Assembly (NCBI GenBank): GCA_964617525.1 | Contig: CAZTWG010000009.1 | Span: 1 to 14,462, forward strand | Length of the DNA: 14,462 nucleotides | Source: an uncultured Gammaproteobacteria bacterium | GTDB lineage: Bacteria; Patescibacteriota; Patescibacteriia; UBA2591; UBA6264 | Direction of reading: 5' to 3' | In this document: positions 1 through 6,062 of the stretch, one piece after another | Position numbering within the stretch: position 1 is the first letter of the stretch | Layout of the letters: each line of letters begins with the position of its first letter | Notes under the pieces: generated by a model | What the model was told of the DNA's origin: nothing | Databases searched by the model: none | The model's input: the letters and a program-made list of their open reading frames with translations, nothing else | Made by a program: the position numbers and the translations under genes

Positions 1-105
1 GGTTTATAGATGTTGGAAGTCTACAGTTATGGTTTCTCATTTTTTTTGGTCAATTTTTTGCCAAATGAAAAAAATTGTTCTAAAATGCATTACTAAAGTG
101 CATTT

Positions 106-115
106 GGGGGGGGGG
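106..115. repeat. G10 homopolymer tract
   Basis: Ten consecutive G residues, followed by ctgtcccc. The tract forms codons GGG GGG GGG of a short + frame that is open from the window edge, has in-frame ATGs at 29 and 65, and stops at TGA 128-130. Confidence 0.9.
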
Positions 116-193
116 CTGTCCCCGAATTGAGCCAAGAGTTATCTACAGCTGCAACCAATTGACGAAAGATTTTAATCTGTTATAGTATTTGTA

Positions 194-250
194 AATTCTC
201 GGCCGGAGATTATGTGTACTCATAACTCCAATTTGGCGGAGAATTTTTTT
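194..250 (+). terminator. Rho-independent-type terminator (compound hairpin plus T-run) for a + strand transcript
   Basis: Outer stem aattctc (194-200) pairs with gagaatt (239-245). It encloses an inner hairpin ggag-a-ttatg / cataa-ctcc. A run of 7 T (244-250) follows on the + strand. Confidence 0.45.
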
Positions 251-656
251 ATTCTGGGAACACAGACATCAAATATTTTTTATTAGTTTTTTTATTTTCT
301 TTTATTTGAACGTAGAATAACTCTTTCTCTTTTGATAACCCAGTAAAACGGTGTAAAATCTCGGAATGGCGACAAGGATTCTCAAATGAAATTGGATCAT
401 TTTTTGAGTTTTTAATCAAATCTATAGCACAACCAAAATATTTTAATCTCCTTACTCTTTCTTTGAATGGCTTCTCAAACAGATGTTGCCAAAAAAAATC
501 AAAAAATATTTTTTGTTTATTGAAATAAGCTGATTTTATATATGGTCTACGTTTAGTTTTTGATTTTATTTGTTTAAATAAATCGTTTGCGCTTTTTCTA
601 ACCTCAGAATAACTAGTTCCAGAAAATTTTTTTATTTTTGTTGGATAAGGTATCAT
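249..656 (-). CDS. Hypothetical basic protein, 135 aa, no family recognised
   Basis: Intact ORF in the track with a Lys/Arg-rich composition. It has the same orientation as the upstream operon and is preceded by a GC-rich hairpin. I can assign no motif. Confidence 0.65.
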   Translation of the reverse strand: MIPYPTKIKKFSGTSYSEVRKSANDLFKQIKSKTKRRPYIKSAYFNKQKIFFDFFWQHLFEKPFKERVRRLKYFGCAIDLIKNSKNDPISFENPCRHSEILHRFTGLSKEKELFYVQIKENKKTNKKYLMSVFPE

Positions 657-684
657 AAATTTTTATTTCATGTCCTAATGCTTA

Positions 685-737
685 CCCCGTGGGAGCATAG
701 CGACTTACCTCGCCGGCATGCACAAGGCTTTACGGGG
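685..737 (-). other. GC-rich three-helix hairpin between the DUF1611 gene and the 135-aa gene
   Basis: Three nested stems: ccccgt (685-690)/acgggg (732-737), gcat (695-698)/atgc (718-721), and gcga (700-703)/tcgc (710-713) with loop cttacc. It overlaps the last codons of the 730.. CDS and is much more GC-rich than its surroundings. Confidence 0.4.
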
Positions 738-1833
738 TTCCCATGAATAAGTTCGTCCAGTCTTTTGGATAGCGGATTTGGTCTGTAGTCGGTAGCCCTG
801 TTTTTTCTTCTATATCTATTATTGCCCTTTTTGCTTCTTTGTCTGTCATTCCGCTTGTATTTAGAGCAATGGCTACTACTTTAGTGTTTAAAAATGAAGG
901 GATAATGGTTTTTTCCGCAAGATCAATTACAGTTTTTATGTCTGGAACCGGCAACAACGAACATCCTGTAATGCGTTTTCTTAATGGCCTATGGACTAAA
1001 ACTAAATGCGTTGGACATGCTCCGTGAATTAGTGCTATTGCTGTTGTAGAAAAAGCAGGATGAGACAAAGACCCTTGTCCTTCTATAAAATATATATCTG
1101 GATTTTTTTCTTTTTCTTTTTCTAAAATCATTTTTTCAACAGCCCCAGCCATAAAATCTCCTTCGCATTTATCAACGCTAATACCCCAGCCTTCAATCAT
1201 GATACTTGTTTGCCCAGTTGGGATTATACAAGTCTTATGTTTTTTGCTAGCCATTTTTGCTAATTCATAAGTTGTTGTTAATTTCCCAATTGCAGCATCT
1301 GTCCCTATTGTTAACACGATAGGTTTTTTTATCTTATATGTTTTACAGCTTGCGATTGGCAATTTTGTTGGTGGTATACGTGTTTCCCATATTTTACGAG
1401 AATTTTTCTTAGCTGCTTCAAGTATTTTCGGGTGCAAAGAAAGTGGCGTATGCATACCACTTACTAAATCAAAATCATTTTCCAAAGCCCAAGCCAAATC
1501 ATCAATAAAATTTTTAGGCATTTCGCCTCCCTTGGGAGCAATGCCTATCATTAATATACTTGCTGAAGTTTTAACCTTGGCCTCTTTGATTGTTTTGAAT
1601 ATTGGAATTTTTTTATTAGTATCTTTTAGTATTTTGGAAGTATATGTTTCTTCGCAAAAACTATCTACTATACCTACAATATCATATTCCGCGTATCGTA
1701 AAATCCCATCAGCCGTTTTTGGCCTACTGGGCATTGTTTTGCGAGATTCTAAGCCAAAAGAGTTTCCTGTGTAGATAAGGATTTTTTTGTTTTTTAAATC
1801 AATATGTTCATTGGCTAATGCATTGATATCCAT
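730..1833 (-). CDS. DUF1611 family protein (DgcN-like, P-loop-like GTDxxxGKxTT motif)
   Basis: The motif LTIGTDAAIGKLTTTYEL matches the GTDxxxGK(x)TT signature I recall for DUF1611, and the length is about 367 aa. The track start at 1869 is a TTG. The ATG at 1833 (MDINALANE...) is preferred and overlaps the mraY stop by 19 nt. Confidence 0.75.
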   Translation of the reverse strand: MDINALANEHIDLKNKKILIYTGNSFGLESRKTMPSRPKTADGILRYAEYDIVGIVDSFCEETYTSKILKDTNKKIPIFKTIKEAKVKTSASILMIGIAPKGGEMPKNFIDDLAWALENDFDLVSGMHTPLSLHPKILEAAKKNSRKIWETRIPPTKLPIASCKTYKIKKPIVLTIGTDAAIGKLTTTYELAKMASKKHKTCIIPTGQTSIMIEGWGISVDKCEGDFMAGAVEKMILEKEKEKNPDIYFIEGQGSLSHPAFSTTAIALIHGACPTHLVLVHRPLRKRITGCSLLPVPDIKTVIDLAEKTIIPSFLNTKVVAIALNTSGMTDKEAKRAIIDIEEKTGLPTTDQIRYPKDWTNLFMGTP

Positions 1834-2942
1834 AGACCTAAAAACATCATAAATAAATTGATAATCCAAAAACGCATTACTATTTTTTCCTCACTCCACC
1901 CCAAACATTCTAAATGATGATGCAGGGGGGCCATTTTGAATAAGCGTTTGCCCAGGATATGACGCCAGAATATTTGTAGAATCACAGAGATGGTCTCTGC
2001 AAAAAATATAAAACCAAAAAATGGGGTAATCAAAAGCCTATTTTGGGCAATAGCTGTCACGGCAAATAGAGCCCCCATGCTAAGAGAACCCACATCTCCC
2101 ATTTGAAAACGAGCTGGTTTAATATTGAAATAAATATAGGCGATTAGTGACCCAATAACACTAGCATTTAAAATGGCAAGGTAAGAATTATTTTGCAAAA
2201 GGCTGACGATAGCCAACCCGCAAAAGGCTGACAATAAAACGCCACCAGAAAGTCCATCTAGTCCGTCGGAAATATTTACGGCGTTAGCAAAGAACATCAC
2301 AGTAAAAATGACTATTGGTATCATCCAATATCCTAAATAAATTTCTCCGCTAAATGGTACCCAAATATAGAGCCATTGATTTCCTAACTTAAATACTATC
2401 CACCAAGCAGTGATAACTCCTGTCAAAAATTGAAGAACTATTTTTTCGTGAGGCAAAACGCCACGCGTAGGGTGAGAACTTAGAATACGAAAAGTATTTT
2501 TAAATAAAGTCCAGGGTAATGCAAATATTAACCAAAGGCGATAAGCTTTATTTTTGTGGCAGTGAATTAATTTTAAGGTTAACTTTAAAGATCTGCTTTT
2601 TCTTTTTTTCCCAAAAACATTTAAAATATCATCTATTCCTCCAAGCAATGCAGATAAACACATTACTCCTATAGGGACATAAGTGAATTTTTGCTCAAAA
2701 TTGAAGAGTAGTGTTACTATAAGAATTGTGATTATTATCAACAAACCTCCCATAATCGGCGTGCCCGTTTTGTTGGCACGTTGGTTGTTTGCTTTTAGCG
2801 ATGGGTCTAACTCCATTCTTCTCTGGATTTTTAACTTATAAAGCAAATGAATGATTAATGGAGCTAATACAAAAGCTATTAAACAAGAAAAAATAATAAA
2901 AAACAGAATAGTTGTTAATAAGCTTTGATAAAAAAGGTCCAT
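1815..2942 (-). CDS. mraY: Phospho-N-acetylmuramoyl-pentapeptide transferase MraY
   Basis: Hallmark motifs are present: KTGTPIMGG, GGIDD, NAVNISDGLDGLSGG, MGDVGSLSMGA and KMAPLHHHLE. The protein is polytopic and hydrophobic. Confidence 0.95.
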   Translation of the reverse strand: MDLFYQSLLTTILFFIIFSCLIAFVLAPLIIHLLYKLKIQRRMELDPSLKANNQRANKTGTPIMGGLLIIITILIVTLLFNFEQKFTYVPIGVMCLSALLGGIDDILNVFGKKRKSRSLKLTLKLIHCHKNKAYRLWLIFALPWTLFKNTFRILSSHPTRGVLPHEKIVLQFLTGVITAWWIVFKLGNQWLYIWVPFSGEIYLGYWMIPIVIFTVMFFANAVNISDGLDGLSGGVLLSAFCGLAIVSLLQNNSYLAILNASVIGSLIAYIYFNIKPARFQMGDVGSLSMGALFAVTAIAQNRLLITPFFGFIFFAETISVILQIFWRHILGKRLFKMAPLHHHLECLGWSEEKIVMRFWIINLFMMFLGLWISMH

Positions 2943-2945
2943 GTC

Positions 2946-3644
2946 TTAAAATTTTAAACGTCGAATAACTGTTTTCTCTTTTTTTATTTCTTTTCGCAAA
3001 TCTTCAAGAGAAATTTTTATTTCTTGTACCCCTGGACCACTATATCCTATTTTAGTTGGTCTAGGAGCATGTATAAGCGTTATATTTTGAACAACATTGT
3101 TTTTAATTTCTACACTACTCACCAAAAGGATATGTCTTGAATTATTGCGAATTACCATATCGCCAGGAAGGATTTTATTTAATTCTTTAATTTCCTGGCT
3201 ATTTTTATTGTTAGCTAATACTTTAACGCTGATATTTTCTATTGGTCGAAGTAAAGATATTAAATAACGAAAAGGGTTTTTCCAAAAAAAGACGATATGA
3301 ATTCTAGGGATAATATTTATTTGTTTTTTTTCTTTGTACTCTGATTTTAAGATGTATACCGCTAAAGCTGAACAATCTATCCCTAGATGGTGCTTGGTCA
3401 AAAGTTCATATAATTCTTTTTTTGATATTTTTTTTATATCAATATTTTCGCGCTGAGCAATTAGTTCTACTTCTTCGATAATCTCTTTTGCTGTTCCCTT
3501 CCCCAAAAACACGCGCAAACCAGCTTTAGTTTGAATGCGATTGATAAAATAGGGGCAGGCAATAGTTTTATTCCCAACTTCCATTTTAAAGTAAGAGTTA
3601 ATAGTTTGCTGAGCTGGAATTGATAAAGAAATTGTTTGGTTCAT
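2946..3644 (-). CDS. Hypothetical cytoplasmic protein with NlpC/P60-like Cys...His arrangement (GIDCSALAVYIL ... PGDMV..SRHILLV ... LIHA)
   Basis: Intact 232-aa ORF with 3-nt gaps to both neighbours and no signal peptide. The DCS motif, followed by PGD and a His-containing strand, resembles papain-fold amidases. The family assignment is tentative. Confidence 0.6.
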   Translation of the reverse strand: MNQTISLSIPAQQTINSYFKMEVGNKTIACPYFINRIQTKAGLRVFLGKGTAKEIIEEVELIAQRENIDIKKISKKELYELLTKHHLGIDCSALAVYILKSEYKEKKQINIIPRIHIVFFWKNPFRYLISLLRPIENISVKVLANNKNSQEIKELNKILPGDMVIRNNSRHILLVSSVEIKNNVVQNITLIHAPRPTKIGYSGPGVQEIKISLEDLRKEIKKEKTVIRRLKF

Positions 3645-3647
3645 ATT

Positions 3648-4853
3648 TTATCTACCTAATATTTTTATAATTTTTTGAGCATCTAAATTCCACTGATTGT
3701 GTTTTTTGATAAACCCATCTTTTTCCTTTCGGATAGAACAAATAATGTCATTGTGTTCTATAATGGTTGTTTCTGCTTCTTGTTTGTCGCAAGTCCAGTT
3801 TTGTTTTGGGTTAGAGAGCAGTTTTTTTAACTCCACGCGATTTTGCCCATTTTTTTTTCTTACTAAGATTTGCGCGCCTTGGCTTATCTCCTGCATTTTT
3901 GGATTATTGGTTGGTAGCGGGATGTCCAATAAAGCTGCAAAATGAGCTGTCATGATGGTTAACCCATTTCCTTGTTTTTGTTGGAAGATTGTTTCTATGC
4001 TTGCTGAAGCTGGCTGGCGAGCATTAATCTCAATCACAAACCAATTTTCTCCTGAACGGATAAAATCAATGCCGAACAGACCTTTCCATCCGTCTTTAAG
4101 CATTGCATTTCCTACCCTTTTTGTAATTTTTTTTATACTTTCTATGTCTTTCTTTGAAAGATTTTTTTTAGCATATGACCAATCATTGCCAATGGTCGCA
4201 AAAGGTAGATCGGTAAACTCTTTAAGCCCAGTTATTTGATAACTTGGATTTCCTAATAATATGCATCTTCCCCAAATGCAAACATTAAGTGTAAATGTTT
4301 GTCCTTCAATTAATTTTGAAAGTCGTAGAGGACGTTGAGGAAATTTCTTTTTTAATTTTTCCCAATCTTGCTTATCTTTAATTATTTGTGTTCCTTTCCC
4401 ACTATGGCTATGATTAAATTGACATATAAATGGTTTGCCTATTTTTTTTTCTAATTCTGAAAAGGAAATAGTTTTGGGAGTTTTGATAGCAATAGAAGGT
4501 AAGTATTCTGGAATGATTTTTTTCAACCATTGATACTGGCTTATTTTATTCTCATATTTTTCCGCTAAATGAAAATCAGGATTTAATAATACGACTCCCT
4601 TTTTTTTACTTGTTCTTTGTATTTTAGAATTGTTTTTAAAAACGATTATCATCCCCTTTGGAATATCTGTTGTTGCAATAATTTCAGCAGTATCTTTTAA
4701 CGGAATGGTTGTAATTATTTTATAATTTATTAATAGTTTTTCTATCCCTAGCGCTCGCTGTTTGTTGCGAGTGATGTATAAAAGAGGTTTGTTCTCAATT
4801 CTCTTGTTAATTTTATTAATGATTTGTTGATCTGTAATCATTTTATTTGACAA
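3648..4853 (-). CDS. ATP-grasp domain ligase, substrate unknown
   Basis: The C-terminal motif GLFGIDFIRSGENWFVIEINARQPAS is the typical ATP-grasp G.FG.DF...EIN.R signature. An upstream segment PFICQFNHSHSGKGTQII looks like a phosphate-binding loop. The start is TTG at 4853, with an alternative ATG at 4841. Confidence 0.8.
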   Translation of the reverse strand: MSNKMITDQQIINKINKRIENKPLLYITRNKQRALGIEKLLINYKIITTIPLKDTAEIIATTDIPKGMIIVFKNNSKIQRTSKKKGVVLLNPDFHLAEKYENKISQYQWLKKIIPEYLPSIAIKTPKTISFSELEKKIGKPFICQFNHSHSGKGTQIIKDKQDWEKLKKKFPQRPLRLSKLIEGQTFTLNVCIWGRCILLGNPSYQITGLKEFTDLPFATIGNDWSYAKKNLSKKDIESIKKITKRVGNAMLKDGWKGLFGIDFIRSGENWFVIEINARQPASASIETIFQQKQGNGLTIMTAHFAALLDIPLPTNNPKMQEISQGAQILVRKKNGQNRVELKKLLSNPKQNWTCDKQEAETTIIEHNDIICSIRKEKDGFIKKHNQWNLDAQKIIKILGR

Positions 4854-4872
4854 TTTTTAGTATGTAATAAAG

Positions 4873-4943
4873 TGGACCTAGGCAGAATCGAACTGCCATT
4901 TCTACGTTGCAAACGTAGTGTTCTACCATTAAACCATAGGCCC
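4873..4943 (-). tRNA. tRNA-Ala (anticodon UGC)
   Basis: The reverse complement GGGCCTATGGTTTAATGGTAGAACACTACGTTTGCAACGTAGAAATGGCAGTTCGATTCTGCCTAGGTCCA folds as a cloverleaf. The anticodon loop is TTTGCAA. It has the G3:U70 Ala identity pair, discriminator A, T-loop TTCGATT, and no encoded CCA. Confidence 0.9.
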
Positions 4944-4949
4944 GTATTA

Positions 4950-5189
4950 TTATGTAAATAGTTTTGCTACCCCTCCCATAATATCTTGCCAAATATTGCT
5001 GATTAAAAAAAGCCCTGCCATAATTACTGCTACTCCTATTAGTTTATAAAATAAATGGCTTCCCCCTTCATACTGAAGATGTTTTTCAGCCCAAGCGCTT
5101 CTTCCGAAAAATCTAAAAACTTTTTCTGATTTCCAAACAATCATGAATCCAACGGCAGTAATTAATATTCCGATAAATACTCTTAGCAT
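4950..5189 (-). CDS. Small membrane protein, 79 aa, two predicted hydrophobic helices
   Basis: Intact ORF with hydrophobic segments VFIGILITAVGFMIVW and LIGVAVIMAGLFLISNIW. It ends 6 nt upstream of tRNA-Ala. Confidence 0.6.
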   Translation of the reverse strand: MLRVFIGILITAVGFMIVWKSEKVFRFFGRSAWAEKHLQYEGGSHLFYKLIGVAVIMAGLFLISNIWQDIMGGVAKLFT

Positions 5190-5613
5190 ATTAGTTTTTT
5201 ATTTTTGTTTATTAAAATTAGAATCTCCCAGCTGAAGTAAATTTTATCATATTTTAATTCTCTGCCCTTTTTATTAAAAGTAGCCTTATAATATATACCA
5301 GAAGACTGTTTTGCCTGATTTAATAAACCAATGTCTCGCATTTCCGCAAAAACTATATCTATATCTATGCCACGCCCGCATTACTCTAAATAATTTATCT
5401 CGTTCCGGTATGCCTTGCATTTATTTTATTTCTGCTTACTTGTGTATCTTTGGCATTCTCAATAGTTACCGCCTGGCGGAAAATTTCTCGGATTGAATAT
5501 TTCTATATCTACTCATTTTTTAATTTCTTTAATTACTTGTTCTTTATTCATATTTCTATACTAATGCAATCAATCATCTTGTATGGTAAATTCCCTAAAA
5601 GATATTTCGAGCC

Positions 5614-5657
5614 CAAGTGGGCGTAGCAGGATTTGAACCTGCGACATCCACTTTATA
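5614..5657 (-). repeat. Exact extra copy of the tRNA-Ile 3' half (positions 34-73) plus 4-nt trailer
   Basis: 5614-5657 is identical to 5727-5770 (44/44 nt). Identity stops exactly at anticodon position 34 and after trailer CTTG. Confidence 0.9.
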
Positions 5658-5702
5658 TCAACAACTTCTAATATTATACATTATGGTTGTTGTTTGATAT
5701 AT

Positions 5703-5846
5703 CGATAACTACATTATTATAAATTTCAAGTGGGCGTAGCAGGATTTGAACCTGCGACATCCACTTTATAAGAGTGGCGCTCTGACCCCTGAGCTATACG
5801 CCCATATTTACGCCCACTTGAAATTGTAATAAAGAAGAAGTTATCG
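5703..5846. repeat. Long imperfect inverted repeat enclosing the body of the intact tRNA-Ile
   Basis: Three paired segments: 5722-5738 with 5809-5825 (17 bp, perfect), 5714-5719 with 5827-5832 (6 bp), and 5703-5710 with 5839-5846 (8 bp). All share one register and are separated by small internal loops. Confidence 0.8.
5731..5803 (-). tRNA. tRNA-Ile (anticodon UAU)
   Basis: The reverse complement GGGCGTATAGCTCAGGGGTCAGAGCGCCACTCTTATAAAGTGGATGTCGCAGGTTCAAATCCTGCTACGCCCA has a perfect 7-bp acceptor stem. The D stem is GCTC/GAGC, the anticodon stem CCACT/AGTGG, and the anticodon loop CTTATAA. The T arm is GCAGG-TTCAAAT-CCTGC, the discriminator is A, and no CCA is encoded. Confidence 0.9.
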
Positions 5847-5850
5847 CTAC

Positions 5851-5889
5851 AAGAGTGGCGCTCTGACCCCTGAGCTATACGCCCATATT
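5851..5889 (-). repeat. Exact extra copy of the tRNA-Ile 5' half (positions 1-34) plus 5-nt leader
   Basis: 5851-5889 is identical to 5770-5808 (39/39 nt). Identity stops at anticodon position 34 and 5 nt upstream of position 1. Confidence 0.9.
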
Positions 5890-5937
5890 CATTTAGAGGC
5901 TCGGCCTTCAATCTTTTTCAATATCTTGTAGTTTATT

Positions 5938-5965
5938 TATAATAACATTTTAAGACACAATGTCA
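5938..5965 (-). promoter_or_regulatory. Sigma70-like promoter candidate for the tRNA-Ile region
   Basis: On the minus strand: TTGACA (5965-5960), a 16-nt spacer ending in TGT, then TATATA (5943-5938), which gives an extended -10. It lies about 45 nt upstream of the outer 5' half copy. The AT-rich background raises the chance of a false match. Confidence 0.4.
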
Positions 5966-5977
5966 AAATATGTTTTT

Positions 5978-6006
5978 CTTGTTAAAATATATAATTTTGT
6001 TATAAT
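5978..6006 (+). promoter_or_regulatory. Sigma70-like promoter candidate for ruvB
   Basis: TTGTTA (5978-5983), a 17-nt spacer, then a perfect TATAAT (6001-6006). It lies about 57 nt upstream of the ruvB ATG at 6063. Confidence 0.4.
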
Positions 6007-6062
6007 AATATAAACATTAAGTTAAAGATAAATAATTTAGTTATTTTTTGATTTTAATCCTT

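Noticed and set aside
695-721. Resemblance of GCGAGGUAAGUCGC to the apical part of group II intron domain V
   Set aside because: The bulge is on the wrong strand, there is no AGC catalytic triad context, and there is no reverse transcriptase or maturase ORF or other intron domains nearby.
5663-5842. 7-bp inverted repeat (aacttct / agaagtt) near the ends of the 193-nt segment, as possible terminal inverted repeats of a miniature element
   Set aside because: A 7-mer inverted match is expected by chance about once in an AT-rich segment of this size. No target-site duplication beyond the ambiguous single T34 was seen.
5658-5850. Group I intron in the anticodon loop, as in bacterial tRNA-Leu(UAA) where the intron sits after U34
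   Set aside because: The break position is suggestive, because the 5' exon would end in U. But the intervening 193 nt is short for a group I intron. It does not end in G at either possible 3' junction, and it contains a complete, foldable copy of the tRNA rather than P3-P9 core elements.
5614-5889. CRISPR-like or tandem repeat array
   Set aside because: Each repeat has only two copies, with different periods (113 and 81 nt). The repeats are tRNA halves, and there are no cas genes in the window.
5726-5911. 61-aa ORF in the track with an internal repeat YGRIAQGSERHS
   Set aside because: It is the translation of the duplicated tRNA-Ile 5' half and the tRNA body on the tRNA strand. The peptide repeat simply mirrors the nucleotide repeat, so it is not a gene.
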